From: Methanobacteriota archaeon
Lineage (GTDB): Archaea > Thermoplasmatota > Poseidoniia > Poseidoniales > Thalassarchaeaceae
Assembly: GCA_011523055.1 (NCBI GenBank)
Contig: WTHQ01000019.1
Span: 25,282-89,281 of the forward strand
DNA: 64,000 nucleotides
Direction: 5' to 3'
In this document: piece by piece, positions 1 to 9,697 of the stretch
Layout: each line of letters opens with the position of its first letter
How positions within the stretch are numbered: the stretch's first letter is position 1
Made by a program: the position numbers and the translations under genes
Notes under the pieces: model-generated
What the model was told of the DNA's origin: nothing
Database searches by the model: none
Seen by the model: the letters and a program-made list of their open reading frames with translations, nothing else

Positions 1-117
1 ATCCTCTTCACCCTATTCCTCGCCATCTTCTCTGCCCTCCTATCCAACCATGCTGATATGCCGCGCTTTTTTGATGAGCTATTGAGAGTTGAATCTGGAT
101 GAGAATCAATATTCTGA
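1..117 (+). CDS. 3' end of a CDS running in from the left edge (hydrophobic C-terminus ...ILFTLFLAIFSALLSNHADMPRFFDELLRVESG*)
   Basis: Frame 1 is open from position 1 to TGA at 115-117. The translation is membrane-protein-like. No start is visible because the window truncates it. Confidence 0.3.
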
Positions 118-607
118 GTTCCTAGGTTCTGGCTCACTTCTATTCCACCGACTCGTATCTCCTCGGGCTCTTCCTTTCCTATGTCTAACTCTATTGATTC
201 TTTGTTAATTGATGAGACTCTGTCTGGGATGTTCATTTTCCTACTTTTCTTTCCCTTAGTTTCGAGTCTAGCCAGAGCATCATCGGCCCTCGACCAAAGA
301 CCAGCATCTTCTTGGCTGTATGTCTTGTTCAGCCTACTAATTGCACTGGACCTAAGATATTCGTGATCCTTGCTCCTATTGCCTTGAAAAAACAAAATTA
401 CACCAATTAGGAGCGCTATGACGTGCAAGATGATCTCACCATCTCTATCAGAATCTAAGACAGAGTCAAGTGCGGGAAGGGTCATTCTAAAGGAAAACAG
501 AATTATTGTTGGAGTCATGAACAAGGCAAATGAGACGGGAAAGGACCTGTTTGCCATAGACTACCCTGTCACATTCTTGAAATTAATGTGACCATTCAAT
601 CGTAGGT

Positions 608-1126
608 GTGATGTACATAATGCGATCCATCCGAGCCATGAGGGTCATTGTCGCAACCACGCTGCTTCCTCATGAGCAACCTGAGATCGTCGTAAGTGCC
701 ACACGTAGCCTCTTTCCTGATTGGAACCCTGAAGAAATCCCTGCAAGGAGGAAGTATCCTACTAAGGCCAATCCAATCAGGTTGGTCTCGGATGTTTCTA
801 GCCTAGAGAAATTAATTGAGAATTGCAAGGCAAACAGGATACTTGATACCGCCCTTGACGCAATGTCTTTGAATTCTGACGGAGATACAACCCATTTTTC
901 CCTCTCGAGGCAGGCAGCCTTGGCAGGTAGGTGCTCCTTCGTTATCGAGGAAGCTCCCGTTGGAGGGACCATCGATGTGACCTTGACCTGCGTGAATTTG
1001 GACGCATATCTCGCTGAAGTGACCTACCACACTGGCCGTGAGGAATACCCTCGATACCCTAATGACGAGTCCTCAATGAATGATGATGGGAGCTCTTCCA
1101 TATGGGTTTCAAAGAAGAGGAGATAG
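608..1126 (+). CDS. hypothetical protein (172 aa)
   Basis: Long ORF convergent with the downstream minus-strand gene. No recognisable motif. Confidence 0.3.
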   Translation: MMYIMRSIRAMRVIVATTLLPHEQPEIVVSATRSLFPDWNPEEIPARRKYPTKANPIRLVSDVSSLEKLIENCKANRILDTALDAMSLNSDGDTTHFSLSRQAALAGRCSFVIEEAPVGGTIDVTLTCVNLDAYLAEVTYHTGREEYPRYPNDESSMNDDGSSSIWVSKKRR

Positions 1127-1127
1127 C

Positions 1128-2144
1128 TCACGGAACTCCCTCTTCCATCCAGCGCCTCACAATGGGCAAGTCAGCTGGCAGCCAATTCAAAGAATCCAAT
1201 TCGCACCTCTCGAGCCATCTAGACATGTCATGCTCCTTGAGAACTATCAATGATGGGTCCACAACCCCACAGTCAACAACTCTGAGGACAACTAATCCAT
1301 CATCATAAATGTGGGAGACCTTAGCAACTTGTTTTTTTGCTGATACTGATATTGCAAGCTCCTCTAGCACCTCCCTCTCGACAGCATCAAGTGGACTTTC
1401 ATGCTCCTCGATTTTACCACCAGGGAACTCCCAGAACCCCGACCTCTTGTCTCCTGGTGGTCTCCTGCATGCTAGGACCCTCCCCAACTTATCCTTGATC
1501 AACGCTCCAACCACGTTCACAGTTGGGACCTGGGCTATCCCCCTAAGCAACTTGGTGACGAGGGTTGTTTGTCTTTGCAAAGGGATTCTCTCTATTGGTG
1601 GCAAATGGATGAACAAAATTGGTAACTTTATCTGGCTTTGTTCTCTCATCAGGAGTTCAGCGGAAAGGGTTCTGAAATATGCCTCATTGCAAACGAAGTT
1701 CCCGCAATCCGTGCTAAGCACCACATCATCGTGATCATCTGCAAACTCTCTCAGAAACTGCAGGTTGAAAGTAGTGTCAATGTATTCGTCAGCATCTCTC
1801 TGGATAGATGAGTCTCGCAACTGTCGTCCGGAATTATCTCGTGTCCTCATGTCAAGAATATTTTTCGCACGGATCTCGATGTTGATTTCGGTCCGATCCA
1901 TAGCAATGCCAAGCAATATCACTGCATCGAAATTGCCTGACAGGATGTCCTCCGCTGGCAACCGCGAGCCTCGTTCATCGACAGTTAGGATCTTCGAATG
2001 GATCGAGGCATTGACAGAATCTTCTGAACAGGACCTTGCGACATCCCAGGAATGGTTGGAATTCATTCCGTCGAATGGCTCGAAACCGGTAATCAGAACT
2101 CTTGCGTCCCCTTGACTCTTTGACAACAATAGCACCACGCACAA
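1128..2144 (-). CDS. pyroglutamyl-peptidase I (PCP) domain fused to a C-terminal NUDIX hydrolase domain
   Basis: N-terminal half: ITGFEPFDG...STDCGNFVCNEAYF...LFIHLPP, i.e. PCP-like Glu/Cys/His elements. C-terminal half carries a canonical NUDIX box GGKIEEHESPLDAVEREVLEELAI (Gx5Ex7REVxEELGI). Confidence 0.7.
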   Translation of the reverse strand: MCVVLLLSKSQGDARVLITGFEPFDGMNSNHSWDVARSCSEDSVNASIHSKILTVDERGSRLPAEDILSGNFDAVILLGIAMDRTEINIEIRAKNILDMRTRDNSGRQLRDSSIQRDADEYIDTTFNLQFLREFADDHDDVVLSTDCGNFVCNEAYFRTLSAELLMREQSQIKLPILFIHLPPIERIPLQRQTTLVTKLLRGIAQVPTVNVVGALIKDKLGRVLACRRPPGDKRSGFWEFPGGKIEEHESPLDAVEREVLEELAISVSAKKQVAKVSHIYDDGLVVLRVVDCGVVDPSLIVLKEHDMSRWLERCELDSLNWLPADLPIVRRWMEEGVP

Positions 2145-2188
2145 TTGGAAGGGATCAATTTTTTGTCAAGTAAGACCTCTCGATAGCC

Positions 2189-2518
2189 ATGACCTCCACG
2201 GAGCTCGCTGTCAGCATTGACCCGGCTCCACCTGCTAGGGCGACCCCCTTAGGTATTTTGAGGGCTATTTGGAACGAATTGAGTGGGGGGGTGGGGCCTT
2301 GGGGCGCTCTTCGGCCAGCCTTCTCAATCCTCCTGTCGTTTGTGCCATTTTTATTCCTGGGGCAGCATTTCAACAGGCAACACAGGAAAGGAGCATGGTG
2401 GTTTGTACTACAACTCCCGCTCTTGTTGACAGTGGTTCTATGGCCGTTAATTTATGCTTGGTCAATCATTGACTCTTGGTGGGTTTCAAACGGCATTGTC
2501 TCCGATCGCCCAGGCTGA
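2189..2518 (+). CDS. hypothetical small membrane protein (109 aa)
   Basis: ORF fills the gap between two minus-strand genes. Two predicted hydrophobic helices (FSILLSFVPFLFLG, WWFVLQLPLLLTVVLWPLIYAW). Confidence 0.3.
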   Translation: MTSTELAVSIDPAPPARATPLGILRAIWNELSGGVGPWGALRPAFSILLSFVPFLFLGQHFNRQHRKGAWWFVLQLPLLLTVVLWPLIYAWSIIDSWWVSNGIVSDRPG

Positions 2519-2520
2519 GC

Positions 2521-3093
2521 TCAAAAGTTCTCTGGAATTCTCATGGGGCTGAAAAGGTGGCCCGGACTTCTCGACTCCGATAGTTGGATTCGGATTAGCC
2601 TCTCCCAATCTCGTAACAAAGCCAACGCGGATGAGAAAGGAACCTCTACGGCGTTGATTGTGGTTCTCATCAGTGTATCTAGGATGTCCATCCTATCTTC
2701 ATCTAGCGATCCGAGTAGCCTGTCCAAAGGAAAGGAGTCTATCAGGGGCGACCTTGAATCGCCATCAAAGGGAGAGGGGGAGAGCAGGTGACTTGGTAGC
2801 CTTTCATCACTATCCTCGGCGACCCGCCGTAGCTCCTCGAGTAGGATCCTGATGTACTTGGAGACCACTAAGGCAACCTCAACCACTGGCATGTTGTATT
2901 GATTCACGAATGCTACCATGTTCTCCTGTATGAATAAGATCCTTTCACCCAGTGGATCTCGAGGATCGGGAATTTTCGATTTCTTGTCCAATGATGACAC
3001 CTCATGGCACTGTTCTGTCATCATACCTGATTGGGGAGCCCGAGTTACCACGGACTCCATCGAGCAAGTCATCCGCGATCTCGAACCTATCAT
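2521..3093 (-). CDS. hypothetical protein (190 aa; true start probably at an internal Met)
   Basis: ORF lies downstream of the giant gene on the same strand. Its first ~90 nt overlap the giant gene's 3' end, so a later start is likely. No motif recognised. Confidence 0.3.
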   Translation of the reverse strand: MIGSRSRMTCSMESVVTRAPQSGMMTEQCHEVSSLDKKSKIPDPRDPLGERILFIQENMVAFVNQYNMPVVEVALVVSKYIRILLEELRRVAEDSDERLPSHLLSPSPFDGDSRSPLIDSFPLDRLLGSLDEDRMDILDTLMRTTINAVEVPFSSALALLRDWERLIRIQLSESRSPGHLFSPMRIPENF

Positions 3094-6000
3094 TCAACCA
3101 ATCGCCGTCCGTATCCCAGTTAATCGGGCTCGTTCCCTCTGCTATTGAGTCCCCGTCAAAGTCTAGGAGCCACCAGCCGTATGGATACTCGCCTAAACCG
3201 GTATTGGGCAAGTGAAATTTGTCCCCAGCAAACCTTCCGAATGAATCGGTCCAGTTCCCGCTTAGTAGGACATTGTCATTGCTTGTGTCTATCTCCGTGT
3301 AGTCTTGATCGTTGTCATCAATCACAAGCGCATAGAGGGTGTCACTTTGGCTAATTCTGTTCATTCGGAGGTAATTCGTAGAGAGTGATACGCTGGATCC
3401 ACACAGCCCGAGGACCACCTCACGAAATTGCCATCCCTCCTGAACCTCATTCCCCCTGCAGTCGGTCAAGGGGGAAGCTCGGACTAGAGAGGGAGAAGAC
3501 AGGGATGCGTTCACAATTCCAAAATATTCTTGGAAATTGGTGTAGGGGACGTATTGGCAGCCTCCGAGGTTACACTCGAAATCACCATCTCTATCTGCAT
3601 CCCCTCCCACATCGGATGGGTCTGTTGGATCTAGAGTGAACCATGTCCAATTCAGTATCGGCCTGGAGATAGAGCCCCCATTGATGTTCACTGGCTTCCA
3701 ACTATTCGTGGATATTTGTTGCCAAACGACTTCGATTTGCATTAGTGATGACCAATTGTCATTGACCTCGTTCCAACCGAGGTGATACTCATAGAAATCA
3801 GGTAGCATGTCCCCATCCGTGTCGTTATCTAGTGGGTTTGTACCATACTTTAGCACCTCTCTGCCGTCAGAGAGGTTGAAATTTTGATTGTAGTTTGTAA
3901 CAGAACCGTCAATCGAAAACTCAGGCTGCATTAGAATTGAGTCTTGGTCCGTGTCATTTGATAGGGGTAATGTTCCGTTGTTGTATTCCATAAGGTTCGT
4001 GAACAACAAAGGCGTGGAGCCTGGGCTTATTTGCCCAGATGAGTTGAATGGTAGGAAGGTTCTGCTCTCCCAACTGCCTTGGACAGCGACATCATCCAAA
4101 CTGGTCCTGTCATACCAACCATCAGCGTCTGGGTCGTAGGAGCCGTCAAGGGGGTTCAATGGGTTGAGTGACCACCTCATCTGAGATTCTGGCAGTGGCA
4201 ACCACGTACCAAAGACAGAATAACAATACTCCCAACCATCCGGCAGCCCATCCATGTCGGAATCATCATCAGTGGGATCACTTATTCCAAGCAGGGTTTG
4301 ATTGAAGCTATCTGGGTCAAACTGGTTAATCAGTCCCATCCTCTCCAGGGACTGATCTGATTTGGTCGAAAAGGTTCTGTATAGGCTAGTTATCGCCTCC
4401 TCTTCTGAAAGCCCGTTCTCAAATTTCATCGCATTTATTGCATCCTTTGCGTAGGATACTGTCCCCATGCCTTGAGGAATAGTATCGATAGCGAGTAGCT
4501 TGCCATAGACCCTAGATTCATATTCAGCCAAATTGGTAAAGGACTCTGATGGAGATATCGTACCATCTCCATTGCAATCCCATGAGTCTTGGTCTGAGTC
4601 TCGATTCACATCCGTTGATGTTAATGGGTTGATTGACCATTGATTGGCCTCAAGGTCCCACTCAGTAAACCAATATTCGTATCCGTCACTCATACCGTCT
4701 CGGTCTGTGTCGGATTCACTTGGATCGGAAATTCCCAACAATGCACCCAACAAAGGCCTCACAAATCCTTCTGACTGCCAGTCGTTGAATTGAGAAATTG
4801 CGATGTGGGCCCTCCCCTGCTTGGTGAACAAAACCCTGTAAACCCTGTTCATTGATTCTAGTGCATCTAGTGACGTCGCCTCCTCGTAGAACCTGGGTGC
4901 ATCAGGAGGGGCAAGTGCGCCGTTCTCCGGGTTCGAATTCGTCAGGTTCAGTTCGACCAAGTCAGTCAGGCCATCGCGATCTGAATCAAACTGTCCATCA
5001 GACGGAACCAGTGGATTAAGAGTCCATGTTCCCTCTTCGTTATTCCATTTCGTGAAAATCATTTCTACCCCATCCAGCAGTCCGTCACCGTCTGTGTCTG
5101 GGTTGTTAGGATCGGCTGTGAGTGCACTATTGGGGTCCTTGGACCTCGCGGATTCTCCGAAAGACGCAGTTGAATCTGCGGTCAACCAAGGGGTTGGAAG
5201 CCAGTCCCCGCCGCTGTTTAGAAGGTAGAATTGAGGTGTGGTGATAAGTGAGTCGATCTCGCTCAGATTACCCTCTATAGAGTTGTACTCTTCCCAATTG
5301 GTCAGTCCGTCTCCATCTGGGTCTCCAACATCGTCATCCCCATTGACAGGATTCAGTGTCCACTTCTCCTCGAAGACGGACCATCTGGCGTGATATGCCT
5401 CCCAACCATCTGGCATCCCATCTGAGTCCGTGTCAGGGGAAACGGGGTTAGAGGCACCCACGTCTAGCTGTGTAATGTCAGTCAAGAGGCTGATAACCTC
5501 GGTGCTGGCTAGTTCTCCAAAGGACCCCTGTGGCTCGCTTATTTCGTCTGAGGAGTTGAACAGCCATGTCGTCAGATTCTCAGGGAGGCTCTCCGAGAAT
5601 GACCATGCCCCACCAACTAGAATTTCTGATCTCAGATGATATTCAAACCAATTGACAAATTCCTCCTCTTGGGATAGAATTCCGTCTCCGTTGACATCAT
5701 AGCCATCGCCATCTGGGTTTTCCATGGCATCAGACCCATTCAATGGGTTGATGCCTTGATTGTCGAGGTTCCAGGAACACGCATAGCGAGCCTCCCAACC
5801 ATCTGGCAGTGAGTCCCCGTCTGAATCAATGACATTAGGGTCTGTTGCAACCCAACTTAACGCGCTTGCTGACGACTCCCCATGAGTTATGAGTCCATTC
5901 TGTCTCACAGTCTCAAGCAAGACGGACCAGCGATACTCACAAGCGTTGGTGAGCCCATCACCGTCAGCGTCTTCATCTGCGTCGGTGGGATCGAGGGGGT

Positions 6001-8746
6001 CCAGTGTCCAGATGTTTCCGCCGGTATAGTCGTCGCCAATCCATCTTCTGTTCTTTATCTCCCACCCATCAGGCATGCCATCTCCGTCTGTGTCAGGGTT
6101 AGTCGGGTCGGTCGGGACGTCCGAGCCACCACCAGATCCGGAATTGAGCCACCCTGCTAGGTGAACTTGTCTGGCTAGTATGCCATCTGATTCATCGCAA
6201 ATTTGCTCAGGGACCCCTACACCGCCGGTTGAGAGGTAGTGGCATTGGAAGAGGGTAGAGTCGTAGAACCACCCCCAATACTCCTCCCCGTCCGACAACC
6301 CATCCCCGTCAGAATCGATCATTCGTGGGTCGGTGCCGTTGGATCCGTTCTCGGATGAGGAGACATAGCGATACTCATCCAAGTTTGTCCATTGGGCCTC
6401 AAATCCAAAGGGTCCTTCGACAATAAATCCGTCAATGTCCTCGTCTCGGGAGGAGTCAAACGGGTTCGTTGGATCAAGTCCGTGGTAGAATTCCCAGCCA
6501 TCGGGCATACCATCGTAGTCTGAGTCGCTTGAAGTTGGGTCCATTGGGTATATGTTCATGAATTTTCCAGGCTCTATTCCGGAGGCAAACCATCGTTGAC
6601 CGTCGGAAACCCATGAGGTTACATCTGAAATAGGCCCACTCACAGAAACTGGAGGGTCTATCATTCCTAATATCCCACTACCATCCCCCTCAAGTGCCCA
6701 CAGCCCGTCCCTGGAGCCAATAAGAAGCATGCCTGGGATCTGTTCCACAGAAAGGACATCGTTACCGCCGGACAACCAGGTATCGGGATTGAACATCCTG
6801 TCATTTGATATCGCAAACGTCGGTTCTAGAAAGAGGTCCTCTATGTCGATGAAATGTATCCCGGATGGAGTCCCGAGCCAGACTCCAGTGAGTTGGCCTA
6901 TCTCCCCATTGCTAGTCAATATCCCCGCTGGCTCGAGTACGTTGACGACGGACGACTTTGAGGAGTTGAGCAAGTCGGCTATCCCAACGAAGCTTTCAGC
7001 ATTCTCTTCGGTGTACACCCAAAGAGGTGAGCCAAAGGTCTCAGAAAGATCATTCGTTATCCAACGAATCAACCCGGAGTCAGTACCGACTAACAGGAGG
7101 GGGGTATCCCCCGGCCTATCCAGATGAAGGGATACAGTTCCTGTGGCGTTCCTCGAAGAAAGGATCTGTTCTAGAGCTTCCACTGCAGTGGGGCTCTCGA
7201 TGGTCAGTCTACCCTGGTCCGAATTAATTCTAGTAGTGTGTGCACCACCTTGGTTGCCGAGCAAGAGGAGTGCCCCGGGCCCCATCGAGGCTGATGTTGG
7301 ATTCACAGAGAGTATTGGATCAAATTCTAAGAAAAAGGAGGAGTCGAGATTCAATCCATCTTCGGTGAGGGGGAACGCACCAATGCCGAAGTTGGAGGAG
7401 AGTACCAACGCATTCGAGTCATCAGATAGGGTCAACAGGATTGAGTCGGTTATGGTGCCAGGCACAGGTTGTTGGAATGCTTGAGTTGTTTGGGAGATCG
7501 GGTCGAGAATAGTGACACTATTTCTGGAGGTGATAACTAGAGTTCCCAGGAGTTCAGAAACCTGTGTACTAACGATCGCCGAGTCAGAGATTGATGGCAC
7601 TGAGGTCTCAGTCAAAAATGAAGCTTCATCGGGCCTTTCTGATGAGCCGAGATACAAACCGGGCCGGACTGAGTAGCCATCATCTTCTGAAACTTGAAAT
7701 TCTTCATAATTACTCAGCGCTTCCCCCCACATGGATGTTGCGATGGAATTGTCAGGCGTGAGGAATCCGTCGCGGTTCGAATCCCAACCATCAAGATCCG
7801 TATCGACAATTGAGTCAGAGGCATTTCTGGGACTTAGGCCGTAATGATATTCCCAACCGTCTGATATTCCGTCTCCCGGTACAGCCAGAGGGGTCGGAAC
7901 GCCCTCAACGATAGCGTATGAGTCTGAGTCTGGATATCTTGGATCGCTCCCCAACCAACCAGGAATTCCAGTCTCAGTCTCGACTGTTGTTTGGCATGCT
8001 CCAACGGTTATTCCAGGGATTGGACCTTGACACCATAACCCGTCCCTCTCGTCGAGCCAGCCATTTGGTTGCGTGTACCTGTATTCCTCGGAGCTGGTGA
8101 AGCGCTCCCCAGGCTCTAGTACTCCATCTCTGTCAAAATCGTAGCCATCTCCGCAGCCCCAATCCAACAGCCCAATGCATTGGTCTGGATCTTCGATCGC
8201 ATCTCTTGGGTCAAGAGGGTCAAAATAGAGGCAAACCCAGGCGGTTGATGCTTGATCTATGTATCCAGCACCTCCGTCCGTACACATACTAATTTCGTAT
8301 CCATCAGGTAGTCCGTCCCCATCTGTGTCTGATTTCCTTGGATCAAGATACTCTCTGAACCCACTGTCTGTCTCCTCTGGCGATTTCCCAGTCAATGATA
8401 GTCGAGTGGAGAAGCAGGCCTCCAAGCTGTATGGCCAGCAGAATTCCTGGAGGGCGGTGGCTCCGTCCCGATCGTGGTCGCTGAGGTTGTCAGTAGAGTC
8501 TAGAGGATCCAGGCCGAGCACTATGAATTCTTCTTCTATCGTAGGAATTCCGATCGCGGAAGAGAATGCACTTTCGTGAACGTCGGGTATCTGATCTTCG
8601 TCAGTATCGACGGCTACCGGGGCCCCTCCAGTGGCCTCTTCCGGATTTACTGTTCCTACGGGGCTCTGCGGTCTTGTTTGTGATAGGAAAAGGACGCTTG
8701 AAAGCATGATTATTGCGAGAAATGCCGCAGTCTGTTTCCTCCGCAT
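3002..8746 (-). CDS. giant secreted calcium-binding repeat protein (1914 aa) with ~18 bacterial-type thrombospondin type-3-like repeats
   Basis: N-terminal signal peptide MRRKQTAAFLAIIMLSSVLFLSQT. Recurrent motif [DN]PxxxD[TS]DxDG[LM]xDGxE, for example DSDTDGDGLPDGYE, NPDTDGDGMPDGWE, DPNNPDTDGDGLLDGVE, DPTDDDSDMDGLPDGWEY. Trp/Tyr-rich spacers between repeats. Confidence 0.85.
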   Translation of the reverse strand: MRRKQTAAFLAIIMLSSVLFLSQTRPQSPVGTVNPEEATGGAPVAVDTDEDQIPDVHESAFSSAIGIPTIEEEFIVLGLDPLDSTDNLSDHDRDGATALQEFCWPYSLEACFSTRLSLTGKSPEETDSGFREYLDPRKSDTDGDGLPDGYEISMCTDGGAGYIDQASTAWVCLYFDPLDPRDAIEDPDQCIGLLDWGCGDGYDFDRDGVLEPGERFTSSEEYRYTQPNGWLDERDGLWCQGPIPGITVGACQTTVETETGIPGWLGSDPRYPDSDSYAIVEGVPTPLAVPGDGISDGWEYHYGLSPRNASDSIVDTDLDGWDSNRDGFLTPDNSIATSMWGEALSNYEEFQVSEDDGYSVRPGLYLGSSERPDEASFLTETSVPSISDSAIVSTQVSELLGTLVITSRNSVTILDPISQTTQAFQQPVPGTITDSILLTLSDDSNALVLSSNFGIGAFPLTEDGLNLDSSFFLEFDPILSVNPTSASMGPGALLLLGNQGGAHTTRINSDQGRLTIESPTAVEALEQILSSRNATGTVSLHLDRPGDTPLLLVGTDSGLIRWITNDLSETFGSPLWVYTEENAESFVGIADLLNSSKSSVVNVLEPAGILTSNGEIGQLTGVWLGTPSGIHFIDIEDLFLEPTFAISNDRMFNPDTWLSGGNDVLSVEQIPGMLLIGSRDGLWALEGDGSGILGMIDPPVSVSGPISDVTSWVSDGQRWFASGIEPGKFMNIYPMDPTSSDSDYDGMPDGWEFYHGLDPTNPFDSSRDEDIDGFIVEGPFGFEAQWTNLDEYRYVSSSENGSNGTDPRMIDSDGDGLSDGEEYWGWFYDSTLFQCHYLSTGGVGVPEQICDESDGILARQVHLAGWLNSGSGGGSDVPTDPTNPDTDGDGMPDGWEIKNRRWIGDDYTGGNIWTLDPLDPTDADEDADGDGLTNACEYRWSVLLETVRQNGLITHGESSASALSWVATDPNVIDSDGDSLPDGWEARYACSWNLDNQGINPLNGSDAMENPDGDGYDVNGDGILSQEEEFVNWFEYHLRSEILVGGAWSFSESLPENLTTWLFNSSDEISEPQGSFGELASTEVISLLTDITQLDVGASNPVSPDTDSDGMPDGWEAYHARWSVFEEKWTLNPVNGDDDVGDPDGDGLTNWEEYNSIEGNLSEIDSLITTPQFYLLNSGGDWLPTPWLTADSTASFGESARSKDPNSALTADPNNPDTDGDGLLDGVEMIFTKWNNEEGTWTLNPLVPSDGQFDSDRDGLTDLVELNLTNSNPENGALAPPDAPRFYEEATSLDALESMNRVYRVLFTKQGRAHIAISQFNDWQSEGFVRPLLGALLGISDPSESDTDRDGMSDGYEYWFTEWDLEANQWSINPLTSTDVNRDSDQDSWDCNGDGTISPSESFTNLAEYESRVYGKLLAIDTIPQGMGTVSYAKDAINAMKFENGLSEEEAITSLYRTFSTKSDQSLERMGLINQFDPDSFNQTLLGISDPTDDDSDMDGLPDGWEYCYSVFGTWLPLPESQMRWSLNPLNPLDGSYDPDADGWYDRTSLDDVAVQGSWESRTFLPFNSSGQISPGSTPLLFTNLMEYNNGTLPLSNDTDQDSILMQPEFSIDGSVTNYNQNFNLSDGREVLKYGTNPLDNDTDGDMLPDFYEYHLGWNEVNDNWSSLMQIEVVWQQISTNSWKPVNINGGSISRPILNWTWFTLDPTDPSDVGGDADRDGDFECNLGGCQYVPYTNFQEYFGIVNASLSSPSLVRASPLTDCRGNEVQEGWQFREVVLGLCGSSVSLSTNYLRMNRISQSDTLYALVIDDNDQDYTEIDTSNDNVLLSGNWTDSFGRFAGDKFHLPNTGLGEYPYGWWLLDFDGDSIAEGTSPINWDTDGDWLNDRFEIADDLLDGVRGNSGSPIRYDDRTVP

Positions 8747-8848
8747 GCTTCTCTCCGATGTGAATATGCTTCAGGAACGTATATCACCATAATGGAGCGG
8801 TGTTCGTACGAATTGTAGATATTTCCTATTGCTCTAGTTCTCGAGACA

Positions 8849-9697
8849 ATGATAGATTCATTCATTGATCGACTGGCTTGCCATGGGGTTGTGGTACTGG
8901 AAATAACTCACCTTGGCTCCGGTAGTTCCGGCAATTCAGTGGTGTACAAGAGTGACGAGGCGGTTTTCTTGATTGATTGCGGGTTTTCCACGAAACAAAT
9001 GGAAAAGAGGCTTTCTTTGGTAGGTATTAATCCTTCAGATGTCAATGACATCCTGATCACACACCACCACGCAGATCATTCTAAATCCGCATTAAAATCT
9101 GCAATGAAATGGGGCGCTCGGCTCCATTCTAACTTAGAGACAGCAATGAGGATGGGTTGGCAGCCAATTACAGAGGTCAGGACATTCGCAGATTTGGATC
9201 GCGTGGAAATTAATCACGAAATTAGTGTCATCCCAATTCCAGTTCCTCACAATGATGCAGAGAATGTAGCGTTCATTATCTCCATGAATGGGCAAAGAGC
9301 AGCTTACGTGACAGATCTGGGTGAGGCAACTGATGAGTTGAAAAAACACCTGAAGGGTTGCTCTCACATATCGATCGAGTCGAATTACGATCAGCAGAAA
9401 CTTATGGATGGCCCCTACCCAGATTCCTTGAAAAGAAGGATTTCCGGACGTGGTGGCCACCTTTCTAATCTGCAAACCGCGAGTATCCTACAAGAGGTTG
9501 TTACGCCATTGACGAAATCCATTGTCTTGTGCCATTTATCAGAGAAGAACAACGCACCTCACCTTGCGGAGAGTGAGACCCTGATGAAGATACACGACAT
9601 TTTTCAAGGTGACCTCTCAATCTCAGGCAGTTTGGGGCCAGACTTTACTCACGTTCTGGGGGTTGCCCCCTCCAAGAAGATACGTAGGGAAGTGTGA
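8849..9697 (+). CDS. MBL-fold metallo-hydrolase (YycJ/WalJ-like, COG1235)
   Basis: HLGSGSSGNS near the N-terminus; ILITHHHADH metal-binding motif; GGHLSN; conserved downstream His/Asp. Confidence 0.8.
   Translation: MIDSFIDRLACHGVVVLEITHLGSGSSGNSVVYKSDEAVFLIDCGFSTKQMEKRLSLVGINPSDVNDILITHHHADHSKSALKSAMKWGARLHSNLETAMRMGWQPITEVRTFADLDRVEINHEISVIPIPVPHNDAENVAFIISMNGQRAAYVTDLGEATDELKKHLKGCSHISIESNYDQQKLMDGPYPDSLKRRISGRGGHLSNLQTASILQEVVTPLTKSIVLCHLSEKNNAPHLAESETLMKIHDIFQGDLSISGSLGPDFTHVLGVAPSKKIRREV

Noticed and set aside
2275-2310. G-rich stretch GAGTGGGGGGGTGGGGCCTTGGGG as a G-quadruplex
   Set aside because: Only three G-runs of at least 3 nt occur within a reasonable span, and a fourth is lacking. 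It also lies inside a low-confidence ORF.
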